From Histomonas meleagridis 2922-C6/04-290x (taxonomy: Eukaryota > Protista > Parabasalia), in contig JAANOX010000261.1 in the NCBI GenBank assembly GCA_020184695.1, positions 62,001 to 126,000 on the forward strand: DNA of 64,000 nt, read 5' to 3'. A program made the position numbers and the translations under genes. Of the stretch, positions 30,809 through 42,014 are shown one piece after another; position 1 is the first letter of the stretch, and every line of letters begins with the position of its first letter. The notes beneath the pieces were generated by a model. The model was not told the DNA's origin, did no database searches, and saw nothing but the letters and a program-made list of their open reading frames with translations.

Positions 30809-32872
30809 TTAATAGCTTGATTCTTCACTGCTTGTCGTCTCAGTTTCAGTTGATTCACTGCTTGAAGATGTTGAAAGTTCACTAACATAAGATTCTATTG
30901 AAGATTCTTCTTTTTCAATTTTCTTTTGATTCTTTTGTTGTTGTTTTGGTTGAACTTTCTGTTGTTGTTTTTCTGGTATTTTTTCTATTACTTTTTCTTT
31001 TGTATTGTTTTGTTGTTTCTTATCATCATCCAATTGTCTCTTCACTAATTCATAATAATGACCTTTCTTCTTCAAAAGAGATTCATGATTTCCGATTTCT
31101 ACAATTTCTCCTGCATCAAAGACATAAATCACATTCGCATTTCTAATTGTACTTAAACGATGTGCAACAACTACAGATGTACGATTAACCATAACTTTAT
31201 CAAGTGCAGCTTGAACTTTCTTTTCACTTGCAGCATCTAAAGCAGATGTAGCTTCATCTGTAATAAGAATTACTGGATCTTTAATCAAAGCTCTAGCAAT
31301 AGCAATTCTTTGTCTTTGACCACCACTCACAGTATCACCTTTTTCACCAACGAAATATTTGAATTTTCCTTCAAGTTTTTCAATGAACTTTAAAGCGTTC
31401 GCTTGTTCTGCAGCATATCTAACCATTTCATCTGTAGCATCTCTTGCACCATATTTAATATTATCTTCAACTGATAATTGGAATAAAGTTGGTTCTTGTG
31501 AAACTAAGCCCATTTTTTGATGTAACCAATGAGGGTCTAATGTTCTAATATCATGACCATCAAGTAAAATTGCACCTTCTATAACATCATAATATCTTTC
31601 TAATAATTGTACACATGTAGATTTACCAGAACCTGAATGTCCGACAAGTGCACCCATTTGTCCTGGTTTAATTTCAAATGATACATTCTTTAAAACATAT
31701 GCATCACGTGTTGGATATTTAAATGAAACATTTTGGAATTCAATATGACCTTTAAAATCTTCGATAATTTCACCGCCATCAAATGGTATTGATGATTCAT
31801 GTTCAATCATTTCTAAAATTCTTGAACCTGCATGAATCGCTTTTTGTTCACCTTGAAGTGATGTTTGAAGATTAATAATCGAGAATGAACCAAATGTCAT
31901 ATAACCAAAAACAGACATTAAATTTCCTGAATCAAGTTCTCCTTTATCAACTAATGTTGCACCGAAATATAAATTACCTAAAAGAATACACCATAATCCT
32001 AACATAACAAGTGAAAACATACAATCAAGAAAGAAACCAAACTTTCGATATTCTCTTGTTGATAAATCTGTTTTTTCCGAAAATCGTTTAACTTCGGAAT
32101 CTTCTCTATTAAATCCACGAACTGTTCTAATTGTTGATAATGTTTCTTCAGCTATTGTCATTGAATCAGAAACATGAATAAAACGTAAGTTAACATGACG
32201 ATCTACAAACTTACTAAATATAAAGATAAGAATCACTGCCCATGGAATAATACATGTGATAACTAAACCAAGTTTCCATGCAAAAACATATGTTAAAATA
32301 AAACCTGAAAGCATTTGACCTATGTATTGAAATTCATTAGCTTTTGTAATGCCAAAACTATCTTGTACTGCTTGTGTTTCTTCACCAAGTAATGTAAGTA
32401 TAGTACCAATTGATGTTACATCAAAATAAGTAACTTCGCTTCTCATTAATTTATCAAATAATTTTGCTTTAAGATCTGTTGTGAATTCTGAACCTACTCT
32501 GATCCATAAGAAACTATCAAAAAACTTACAGATACCAAGAGCAAAAGCAACACCGACCATACTGTATGCATATATTCTAACTTCTGGAAGAATATCTGCT
32601 GTACCATTTGAAATTGAATATTCTGCTAAACAATTAATGATTCTTCCTAAAAATGTAAAAGTAATAATTGGTGCTGCTCCAAATATGAATGATGGAATGA
32701 TTCCAATTGCTGCTTTAGGATGTTTGAGTAACATTCCATATAATCTGAAACGTGCTTTCATTTCTTTTTTTGGATCTAAATCTCCTGAAGGTTTATTGTA
32801 AACAATTGTTGTGTCAATAGAAGTGTACTCAGAGGAATATCCTCTTGCAATATTTGTTCCGTAAATGGACAT
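30809..32872 (-). CDS. ABCB (MDR/TAP-type) half transporter with acidic Ser/Glu tail
   Basis: TM domain plus NBD (GHSGSGKST, VSGGQRQRIAIAR, DEATSALD); first ATG at 32872. Confidence 0.92.
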   Translation of the reverse strand: MSIYGTNIARGYSSEYTSIDTTIVYNKPSGDLDPKKEMKARFRLYGMLLKHPKAAIGIIPSFIFGAAPIITFTFLGRIINCLAEYSISNGTADILPEVRIYAYSMVGVAFALGICKFFDSFLWIRVGSEFTTDLKAKLFDKLMRSEVTYFDVTSIGTILTLLGEETQAVQDSFGITKANEFQYIGQMLSGFILTYVFAWKLGLVITCIIPWAVILIFIFSKFVDRHVNLRFIHVSDSMTIAEETLSTIRTVRGFNREDSEVKRFSEKTDLSTREYRKFGFFLDCMFSLVMLGLWCILLGNLYFGATLVDKGELDSGNLMSVFGYMTFGSFSIINLQTSLQGEQKAIHAGSRILEMIEHESSIPFDGGEIIEDFKGHIEFQNVSFKYPTRDAYVLKNVSFEIKPGQMGALVGHSGSGKSTCVQLLERYYDVIEGAILLDGHDIRTLDPHWLHQKMGLVSQEPTLFQLSVEDNIKYGARDATDEMVRYAAEQANALKFIEKLEGKFKYFVGEKGDTVSGGQRQRIAIARALIKDPVILITDEATSALDAASEKKVQAALDKVMVNRTSVVVAHRLSTIRNANVIYVFDAGEIVEIGNHESLLKKKGHYYELVKRQLDDDKKQQNNTKEKVIEKIPEKQQQKVQPKQQQKNQKKIEKEESSIESYVSELSTSSSSESTETETTSSEESSY

Positions 32873-33006
32873 GATTTTACTATGTGAAGTGATTTTGGTG
32901 GCTATATTCAAAAAGTTCGTGGTACCACCGATGATTACGGTTTGCACACAAAATTCAAAGATGTTTTCTTCACAATTTTTTTGGTCGTTATAATACTTCA
33001 CATTTC
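32873..33006. promoter_or_regulatory. 134-bp bidirectional promoter between two ABCB genes
   Basis: Head-to-head ATGs; initiator-like TCAC[A/T] motifs shortly upstream of each ATG. Confidence 0.55.
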
Positions 33007-34785
33007 ATGCCACCAGCCACAATTTTCCGAAGCGTTGTTAGCGAAGAAGATAAAAACCTCAAAAAAGGAGGTGAATTCTTTCGCCTCATTAAGCATTACA
33101 ATAATAAGCCACTATTTGTTTCATTATATGTAGTCGCAATTATTCAAGGATGCATGCCAATCATTTTAACCATCTTTCTTGGACAGATTGTTAACACATT
33201 AACAGGAGAGAATTTTTTCGACAGTTTTGTTCCAGTAATTAAAAGCATGATTTATTATTATGTTGTCTATGAAATTATTACGCCATTTATGATGGAACTT
33301 AAATGGTGGACTGCATCAGGACTAATTGCAGATTTGCGAAAAAAAGTTTATACGAAGTTCTTAGATATGGGTATTAATTACTTTGACAAAACGCCAACAG
33401 GTATTATGATAGGGAGATTATCACAAGATATAACATTAGTTCATGATATTTATGTTGAAAAGCTTTTCCAAGCTGTTAACATGGGTATTGGATCCATTGC
33501 AGGTGTTATTCTTAGTTTTGTTAAATGTTGGAGAGCTACATTACCAGCAGCTGCTTTAGTTATTTTATGTGTTCTTATTTATTTAATTGGAAACAAGCTT
33601 ATAGATAAGATTTGGGTTAGTTATAATGATAGTTCATCCGCTGCAGCAAATAAAGCTGAAGAAGTTATATCATCATTCCGTACAATTAAATCATTTGATA
33701 ATGAATTATATGAATCTGATTTATACCACAAAGATTTAATTGAAGTTGATAAAGTTTTTAAGAAGACCAGTATTGCACAAGGTATTAAAGATTTCCTTAT
33801 TGCAACAATTGCTCATCTTATGCTTGCAATGATTTTATATTATGGATGTTATTTAATTGTAGAAAGACCTTATTATGGTTATGAAAATGGTAGTGTATTT
33901 ATTATGTTTATGACTATGATTCAAGCTGTTGTTAACCTTACTCTTGCGTTTTCTGTTTCAGAAGATATGAGTAAAGCTGCTGTTTCAGCTGCAAAAATTA
34001 TTGAAATCTTGGAAGCTGAACCAGACTTTGATCGAAAGAAAGGTAAAGAACTTAAAAATGTTAAAGGAGAAATTGAGTTTAGAGATGTTTGCTTTAAATA
34101 TGAATCACAAAGTACAAATGCTATTGATCATCTTAGCTTCGTTATTAAGCCAGGTGAAACAGTTGCATTTGTAGGTGAAAGTGGTTGTGGTAAATCAACA
34201 ACATTACAATTAATCCAAAGATTTTATGATATTCAAAGTGGGCAAATTCTTATTGATGGAAAAGATATCAAAGACTATTCACCAGTTAGTTTAAGATCAT
34301 TTATTTCATCTGTTCCTCAAAGTCCTGTTTTATATTCAATGACTATCCTTGAAAACATTAAAATCTCAAAAGAAGATGCAACAAAGAAAGAAGTTGTTAG
34401 AGCTGCTCAAATAGGTAATGCACATAACTTTATTATGAGTTTTCCAAACCAATATGTTTCAACTGTACATCAAACAAGTTTAAGTGGTGGTCAAAAACAA
34501 AGAATTTGTATTTCAAGAGCAATTTTGGCTGATGCACCAATTCTTTTGTTGGATGAAGCGACTGCTGCTTTAGATACGGAAAGTGAAAGATTGGTACAAG
34601 AATCACTAGAAAAGTTCAGGCATGGAAAAACTGCTATTATGGTAGCACATAGATTAGCAACTGTGAAAAACGCGGATAGAATCCTTGTTTTCCAAAACGG
34701 ACATATTTTAGAAGAAGGAACTCATAAACAACTTCTTGCTAAAGGTGGTTTCTATGCCGATTTGGTTAAATACCAATTACAATAA
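33007..34785 (+). CDS. ABCB (MDR/TAP-type) half transporter
   Basis: TM domain plus NBD (GESGCGKST, LSGGQKQRI, DEATAALD). Confidence 0.92.
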   Translation: MPPATIFRSVVSEEDKNLKKGGEFFRLIKHYNNKPLFVSLYVVAIIQGCMPIILTIFLGQIVNTLTGENFFDSFVPVIKSMIYYYVVYEIITPFMMELKWWTASGLIADLRKKVYTKFLDMGINYFDKTPTGIMIGRLSQDITLVHDIYVEKLFQAVNMGIGSIAGVILSFVKCWRATLPAAALVILCVLIYLIGNKLIDKIWVSYNDSSSAAANKAEEVISSFRTIKSFDNELYESDLYHKDLIEVDKVFKKTSIAQGIKDFLIATIAHLMLAMILYYGCYLIVERPYYGYENGSVFIMFMTMIQAVVNLTLAFSVSEDMSKAAVSAAKIIEILEAEPDFDRKKGKELKNVKGEIEFRDVCFKYESQSTNAIDHLSFVIKPGETVAFVGESGCGKSTTLQLIQRFYDIQSGQILIDGKDIKDYSPVSLRSFISSVPQSPVLYSMTILENIKISKEDATKKEVVRAAQIGNAHNFIMSFPNQYVSTVHQTSLSGGQKQRICISRAILADAPILLLDEATAALDTESERLVQESLEKFRHGKTAIMVAHRLATVKNADRILVFQNGHILEEGTHKQLLAKGGFYADLVKYQLQ

Positions 34786-35251
34786 AGATAAAATTATTAT
34801 TTTGATTTTAAATTGAGAATTGAGTTTAGTCTGTCCTCCCGATGATTTTGTTCACCAAAATTTTCATAAAAATGCCAAAGTCAACATCGGCGGTTTTATT
34901 GAAAATATTTTTTTATTTCGACGAGAAGTGTAAATTCCATATTGAAATATCTGATCGTAATTGAATATTAAATAATCAAAATTTTTTACGACAAATGGGC
35001 AGTTTGACAAAGTTTTATCGTTTCATATAGAAAAACGGTTTGATCGTTTCGTTTTATGCAACTTCATCTTAACTTCAAATTAAGATATAAAAGACATTTT
35101 CTCAACAACGAGTTATGAGGAATACAGATAAGATTGTTGAAAATGTTTTTCATTTTTTGAAATTTTAAATCAACATTAAATGTAAAATCTAATTTTTATT
35201 AACACTATATTGACTGAATTTCTCTAGAAAATTTACTGCTTGTTTTTATGT

Positions 35252-35761
35252 TTACGGTTGATGAAAGAAAGAAGAAATTATTAACGAATCTAAACATAGA
35301 TAAGGATACAGTACATCTTCAATGGATTTTAGACTTACCAGATGATTGTTAAGTTTTGACAATAAATTTACGAGAATTTGAGAAACATCTTCATTTACAT
35401 ATCGATCAGTGAAAATAAGACAATAAAATATCCAAGCTAAATCACTTTTTGAAAATTGTTTTGTTTGGTTGGAAAAATACAATAGTATTTGTTCCGTTTC
35501 CTCAAAACATCCAATTTCATTTATATTTGGAAATTCTTGTTTATCGATCAAAATCATTGCTTTTGCATATGAGAAATTGCTGTTATTTGCAGTACCAAAG
35601 AATGATCTTGTACAAGAAAACCATAACATAGTCTTTTTTATCCAATCATTGCTTGGCCAAAATTGTGTAGGAACATTTACATCTGAATGGATGTATTTAA
35701 ATTGTGGTGGCTTATTTTCTTGTTCTTGAGTTGGATTTGAGCTGATTTTTTCTTGTTCCAT
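35252..35761 (-). CDS. Hypothetical protein
   Basis: ORF of about 169 aa from ATG 35761; tight spacing with Vps18. Confidence 0.65.
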   Translation of the reverse strand: MEQEKISSNPTQEQENKPPQFKYIHSDVNVPTQFWPSNDWIKKTMLWFSCTRSFFGTANNSNFSYAKAMILIDKQEFPNINEIGCFEETEQILLYFSNQTKQFSKSDLAWIFYCLIFTDRYVNEDVSQILVNLLSKLNNHLVSLKSIEDVLYPYLCLDSLIISSFFHQP

Positions 35762-35847
35762 GAAAAAAGTGACAAAAATCAATTTCACATAACATTTCCA
35801 TAATAAAATCCATTGTTGTTTTGATAAAACGAAATTTTACTCATTTT

Positions 35848-38298
35848 TTACCTATTAAATATTTTTCTTAATTCACCCTCATCAACTGTCCAAGGGTCTA
35901 TGTACTGTGAATTTGGATAAGGATCGAAGTGTCTCGTAATCATTCTTATACTTGAGAATCCGCACATAGGGCAATCCGCGCAAGTACCATTATTTTTATC
36001 TTTGCTACAGAATCCCTTTATACAGTTTTTATGAAGAGCATGTCCACAAGGGTATACAACACCAATATCTGTCAACAATAATTTTCCACATTTTGCGCAA
36101 GTCTGCATTCTTTTCATATGGAATAACTGATCCTGTTTGACTCTAACCATTTCATTTGATTCATTAATACCCTTTAAAGCCTCTTCTTTCTTTTTCTTTT
36201 GTTCCTTTGCTATTTGGATATTTTTGTCAATGTATGTTTGAATCACTTTTCGTAAACCTCCGATTTTTGTATCGTTTGGCAAATATTCCAAAATCGTAAT
36301 TATATCGATTCCAGTCGTTGATTCCAGCAACTTCTTAGCGACCTTTTCGGCGTCCTTTCTATCCATTGATCTTAAAATTCTCAAAGCGCATCTTCTTCTA
36401 ATCTCAATACTAATATTACTTGGTATCAAATCTATTCCATTTATAGGGTCATGAGCTGATACACCAGAAGCATAAGCGTATTCTTCTCTTTCGAACAAAC
36501 CTATTGCAGCCATTTTAAATTTCTTTGCATCCACTAAACATCTTACCAAGAAATCGATATCTTCTTTTGAAGAATTCGAATCTCTTCTACAAAAGTTTTT
36601 AATCAAGTCGATTAAAACATCATTTTTATCCTCGATAGTTCTTGACAATTGTATTGAGTATAAATTCCTAATCCACGAGTCCTTTAACGTGTGATTTTTT
36701 GCGAATTCGATAATTTTATCCATAAAAATTTTTGATGTTAATACTGGAATCATTTTCCCTATTATTAAGTCAGGTCTTTGAGATATCAAATTAACAATTG
36801 TCATTGGGCAATTATTAAATATCCTTAAAGCGCTTTTCGAGAACTCTTCAGGGCTTTGTATCGACGCCAAAATTTTCTCTGCTTCTTTAATGGAATTACT
36901 TTCCATAACGACGTTGAATAAATCCGATTGTTTTAATGAGTTCATTAAAGGTTCTTCCCAACCATATAACTTGCATAACTTTTCGACAGTCGATATTAGG
37001 ATTATACCTTCTTCAATTAATGGGTTTATCCATTGAATGAATTGATCTGTTTCAGGTTCTTCTTTCGATGTTTCGATTCGGATGTAAAGCTCAAGTGCAA
37101 ATTGCGCTACTGCTGTACGTTGTAATGTATATTGATGTCGTATCATATATACATAGTCTTTAAACAAATGAAAGCGGAAAATATCACTTTCATTCCGCGC
37201 TAAATTTACCATTCGTTCAAATGGTGTAGGTGTTTGTAATAATAAATCTGCGGCTTCTTTATCTTTTTTAACTTCTAGCAAGCAATAAAAAAGCCAAAAT
37301 AATAAACAATCAAAGCCCGTAGCATTAATTGGTGAACAAAATTGAAAATGGATTAATGTCCCTTCTTTAAATGCATAGATTTCTCCTGTGGATGAATCCA
37401 TTTCAAATAATTCAATGCCTGGAATTTTGATTGAATAAAGTGAATATTCAGTGCCCTGACGATAGAATTGAATTTGATCTTTTTGAAAGCGAACCATAAT
37501 GTTCCGAAAAAGTGAAAAGTTTTGTGTGTTTTGTGGAATAACAAATGAAGTTTGTTGTGAAAAGATTTCGTACTGTGTGGGACATTGGGATTTGGTATCA
37601 AAAATACAACAAAATATAAGAGGCTCACTTAAAACTGCAAAATATTGCTTCTCTGAAAAAATAGAATGACGATTTTGTGATTGGATGGGAATGCTAACTT
37701 TGCGGCCGGGTTCATTTCCCGTAGTAAACTCTTTGGAAAGAACAAAGCCATTGATGTTATTGAGAGATGCTGTGATAAGAACAATTTTTTCATCAGAAAA
37801 TGAAGACATATATAAACCAGTGATAGGACCAGGAAAATCATTGGGAAGTATTAATACTGAACAAGCACGCACATTAGTGGAATTGAGATTGGTATAAAGA
37901 ATTTGAGCTTTGTTTGTGCCAAAGAAAAGATATGGTTTTTTTGCATTTTTAACATAGAGCCATGAAGCAGACATGGCACTATATCCTGGAATTACACTTA
38001 TTGGTTCAAATTGTGTCTGTTCAACATAAGCTGTTAAAAGAAAATGTTTGTTATAATTGTTACGTACAAAACAATATTCGCCATCTGGTGAAACAGAAAA
38101 AAATTTAACTGAACCGATTTCGTTGTATGTTTTAATTTGAAATGGTTTGATATTTAAATTGCAATAATTTATTAGTCTGTTTTCTGTGATAAACCAAAGT
38201 TGAGCATTTCTAATTGTGACGTCTTTAATTGGGCTCGGGGACTGTAAAGTATAGGAACGAGGAACAATTTTAGTGTTTCCTTCTCCTATTGTTTGCAT
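35848..38298 (-). CDS. VPS18: Vps18/Pep3-like HOPS/CORVET subunit
   Basis: N-terminal beta-rich region, alpha-solenoid, coiled coil, C-terminal RING CAKC..YPCGHALHKNC..CPMCG. Confidence 0.75.
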   Translation of the reverse strand: MQTIGEGNTKIVPRSYTLQSPSPIKDVTIRNAQLWFITENRLINYCNLNIKPFQIKTYNEIGSVKFFSVSPDGEYCFVRNNYNKHFLLTAYVEQTQFEPISVIPGYSAMSASWLYVKNAKKPYLFFGTNKAQILYTNLNSTNVRACSVLILPNDFPGPITGLYMSSFSDEKIVLITASLNNINGFVLSKEFTTGNEPGRKVSIPIQSQNRHSIFSEKQYFAVLSEPLIFCCIFDTKSQCPTQYEIFSQQTSFVIPQNTQNFSLFRNIMVRFQKDQIQFYRQGTEYSLYSIKIPGIELFEMDSSTGEIYAFKEGTLIHFQFCSPINATGFDCLLFWLFYCLLEVKKDKEAADLLLQTPTPFERMVNLARNESDIFRFHLFKDYVYMIRHQYTLQRTAVAQFALELYIRIETSKEEPETDQFIQWINPLIEEGIILISTVEKLCKLYGWEEPLMNSLKQSDLFNVVMESNSIKEAEKILASIQSPEEFSKSALRIFNNCPMTIVNLISQRPDLIIGKMIPVLTSKIFMDKIIEFAKNHTLKDSWIRNLYSIQLSRTIEDKNDVLIDLIKNFCRRDSNSSKEDIDFLVRCLVDAKKFKMAAIGLFEREEYAYASGVSAHDPINGIDLIPSNISIEIRRRCALRILRSMDRKDAEKVAKKLLESTTGIDIITILEYLPNDTKIGGLRKVIQTYIDKNIQIAKEQKKKKEEALKGINESNEMVRVKQDQLFHMKRMQTCAKCGKLLLTDIGVVYPCGHALHKNCIKGFCSKDKNNGTCADCPMCGFSSIRMITRHFDPYPNSQYIDPWTVDEGELRKIFNR

Positions 38299-38347
38299 TT
38301 TTTACAGCTGTCGTACCTAATAACCGAAAAGTGACATATGCTTTTTA

Positions 38348-39085
38348 CTAAAATATTTTTAAAAAATGGAGAGTGATCAGTATTACTATGACTAAACAAA
38401 CAAAAATCACAACAAAAATTATTATTAATTTTTTTGTGCAATTTTTTTGATCTTCTTCAACAGCATTAAGATTATCGTTTCCTTTTTCCATTTCATTTTT
38501 TGCTTCATCTATTGCCTTATCAATTTTTACTATAGTGTCTCTTTGGTCTGCTATTGTTGTATCGACTTCTTTTGTTATTTGGTTCACAATATTTGCAATT
38601 TCGCCGATTTCTTCAACATTTCTCTTTGTAAATTCTAAATCTGCAGCTCTTTGTTCTTCTTCTAATTGTTCTGCAGATTTCATTGCTTCTATTTTTTCTA
38701 ATCTTTCTTTCTCTTCTTTTTCTTCTAGTTCTTTTTCAGCAAGCTCAATGTGTCTTTGATTAATTGGACCTATTCTTTTGTTTATTTCTTGTATTTCTAT
38801 TCGAATTGCACTTAGTTTCGCTTTTATTTTTTCCTCAAGCTCATTTGTAGGGTCTTTCTTCTTGAGTTCTTCATAGTTTTCATTATATGTTTTCAGCCTT
38901 TTCTGACTGTCTTCATGAATTTTTTGTAAACGCGTGTTTTTTTGGTGATCATTGACTGTTTCAAGTTCTTTAACAATTTCTTTTGTTTTTGCGACTTGCT
39001 TAAGAAGTGAATCAATGTTTAGTTCTAATAAATGAAATGTTAACTCTGTTTTCTTTGGTGGTGAGTTAAAATTCTGTAATGACAT
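38348..39085 (-). CDS. Syntaxin-like t-SNARE
   Basis: Coiled coils, SNARE motif (DQRDTIVKIDKAIDEA), C-terminal TM. Confidence 0.85.
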   Translation of the reverse strand: MSLQNFNSPPKKTELTFHLLELNIDSLLKQVAKTKEIVKELETVNDHQKNTRLQKIHEDSQKRLKTYNENYEELKKKDPTNELEEKIKAKLSAIRIEIQEINKRIGPINQRHIELAEKELEEKEEKERLEKIEAMKSAEQLEEEQRAADLEFTKRNVEEIGEIANIVNQITKEVDTTIADQRDTIVKIDKAIDEAKNEMEKGNDNLNAVEEDQKNCTKKLIIIFVVIFVCLVIVILITLHFLKIF

Positions 39086-39114
39086 TTGTTAAGTTTTATG
39101 AGGAGTTTTTGATT

Positions 39115-40941
39115 TTAGTTTTTTTTCATAAGTAATTTAATTATTTCTTTGTGACCATTTGAAGATGCTTTCATAAGTGCTATTTCAAATAATATAAATA
39201 ATTTCCAAATATTATTTTGAAATAGAAAATTATTAAAATAAATATCAAATAAAACAAATAAATATCTTTAACATTAATATCAATTCCTTCTTGTTCAAGA
39301 AGTAATTTAACTATTTCTGTATGACCATTCCTAGATGCACAAATAAGTGCTGTTTCAAATAATATAAATAATTTCCAAATATTATTTTGAAATATGAAAT
39401 GTATTAAATGATTATTAAATGAAATGAATAAATATCTTTTGCATTTATATCAATTCCACCATGTTCAATAAAAATTTTCACAATTTCTGGTTGACCATAA
39501 TAAGAAGCAAAAATAAATGGTGTAAAAAACAATTTAAATAATTTCCGAATATTATTTTGAAATATAAAATTAGTAAAATAAATTTTAATTACAACAAATA
39601 AATATCTTCAGCATTTATATCGATTCCTTCTTGTTCAATAAGGAACTTTACTATATCTGCATAACCATTTTGAGATGCGACCATAAGTGCTGTATAAAAT
39701 ATTATAAATAGTTTTCAAATATTATTTTGAATTATAAAATTATTAAAATAAATATTAATTTAAACATATAAATATCTTTAGCATTAATATCAATTCCATA
39801 ATGTTCTAATATATATTTCATAAGTTCAATATTACCTGAGCATGAAGCCGAAACTAAAATATCTTTTGGAAGTTGATATTCTTTGAGAAAATATGTCATA
39901 AGATATAAATTCCCAATTTTTGCTGACCTATTAATAATTGAATCATTAATTTTCATTCCATTCTTTAGTAAAAATGAAAAAATTTCATAATTATGGAATA
40001 AGATACATTTCTTCCCTAATTTTCCTAAATTCTCGATTTCTTCAATTTTATTTTCATAAATATATTTAAAGATATCATTTCGATGAAATTTAATTGCTGT
40101 TTTATAAGCACCTGTAAATGATGAATGATTTTGTTCGCATAAATGAATGATTTCTTCATTTCCACCTGCAACTGCATATTTACCTGCATTTATTACATTT
40201 GCGCCATTCATAAGTAAATATTTAAAACATTTAACTGATGAAAAAAATGCTGCATAATCAATTAATGTAACATTCCATCTATTAATAAATGAACGTCTTT
40301 CATAAAGTGATGGTTTAATTCTTCGATCAAAATTAAAATCGCTTTGTGATGTTATTTCTTGAAGTTTTTCTATTTCATCATTTCGAATTACATTCGCAAG
40401 TTCATTAGGGTTATGTCCTTCTTTGATTAATTTCTTATGGAGTTCCCATTCATTATTTGAAAGTTCTTTATAATTTTTCATAATTTCATCCATAAATTGA
40501 TCATATTTCATATCATTAATTTTTTCTTCTGTCATATAATGGATAAAATATGGATTCTCAACATTTTTTATAAATTTTGTTTCAAGAAAATTATTTTCAA
40601 TCATATTTTCTATAAGATAGCATGACCCATTTTGTCCAAAGCATTTAGTGAAGATAACTTGTAAAAATATCAAAAACAATTTTTTTGTGTAAAGTAATTT
40701 CTTTTATAAAATCCAAAATTTCATCATAATTATTCATTTTTATTTCAAAAAATATGTATATAATTTGACTAATAATTGTACTGAAAGATATCATGTGAGT
40801 ATCGTCAAATATATTAATTATTGATTTTACTGATTGAGAAATATTTTCTTTATTAAGGTTAAAAAGTATATTTTTTGCCATAGTAAGTAGTTCGTATTCA
40901 TTCTTGCATTGATTTGTTGTTGTTTCATTAATTTTTTTCAT
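39115..40941 (-). CDS. DUF3447-like ankyrin protein extended by four ankyrin repeats with split junctions
   Basis: ORF 39732-40679 reaches GIDINAKD; removing 16 units of exactly 17 nt opens the frame to TAA 39115-39117. N-terminal ORF 40645-40941 joins via a one-base shift at an A7 run. Confidence 0.72.
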
Positions 40942-41359
40942 GTATTGTCAGTACGGACTTGTGATCTATGAACAATTTTGGAATGAATAATCTCATTCAA
41001 TATTTTGAATCAAAGTAAATCAATATTTTACATACTTTATATGCGGTTTTTTCCGACGAATGAGATCTTCCTCGTTTTTTTATAAAAAAGATGTCAATGA
41101 CTTTGGTGATAAAATGCATCCTTAGTCTATTTTATTAAAATGTTACTCAAGGTTCCATCAAAAAATAGAACTAGGCACAAAATTAGAGATCATTCCAATT
41201 TTCGAAGAAATATTTAACTTACCTTTAATGCAAATGCCATCAACGAATGAAAATAAAAAACAGAATCTTGAATAATTCATATTTTAATTTAATCGAAGAG
41301 ATCATCAAAATCACATACCAACCCTATAAATTCTTCTTCCTCTTTCTTTTCTTCTTTTC

Positions 41360-41860
41360 TGTTGGAGATAGATAGGGGATCAGCACACCCATCAACAACT
41401 CTGAGCTTGGTACAAATATGATATGTTATAAATATCTGTTGCAATGCAATTAAATCATCGACTTGATCCTATATTGTTTCATATTTAGATCCCTTTATCT
41501 TTTTCATCAACTTTTGAATTTACTTACTTACTAGCGATGTAGCATTTCCTTTAGAAAAATCACAACAACCGCAATAATTGAATGCCGATGTAAACGTACG
41601 ATTTTTTACTTCTCCTTGGATGTGCTTCTAAATTCGCCTTCGATTCCATTTGGTCCAAAATCCCTTACCATCATTCGTGTTAACCTGAATAGAACTAACT
41701 CTGTAAACAAAACCCTATTTTTCGCTATTTCAAAACAATCTGAAAAATCAATATGAATTATTCTGCCACCATCCCTATGTATCATCAAATTATTTGGTGT
41801 CTGTCACCTAACCCAAGGATATAACCAATTGTTGACATCAACTCATTACTGATTAAAATG
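41360..41860 (-). pseudogene. TOR/PIKK kinase C-terminal fragment
   Basis: GYILGLGDRH, LMIHRDGGRIIHIDFSDCFE, FRLTRMM and FATC-like remnants, with frameshifts and stops. Confidence 0.8.
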
Positions 41861-42014
41861 AAATCGAATTAAAATCTCGATGTTTTATAAAAAGGCCCGA
41901 AAATTCTTTCATCTTTAACCAAGATATAATAAAAATATCTATATTACTTAGGAAAAAAAACAGAATATATTGTTGATAGGAATTATTTAAAAATAAATTT
42001 CAACCAAATAAACA

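Noticed and set aside
32873-33001. 43-aa N-terminal extension of the minus-strand ABC ORF from GTG
   Set aside because: Non-ATG start that would fill the promoter of the opposite gene; first ATG is 32872
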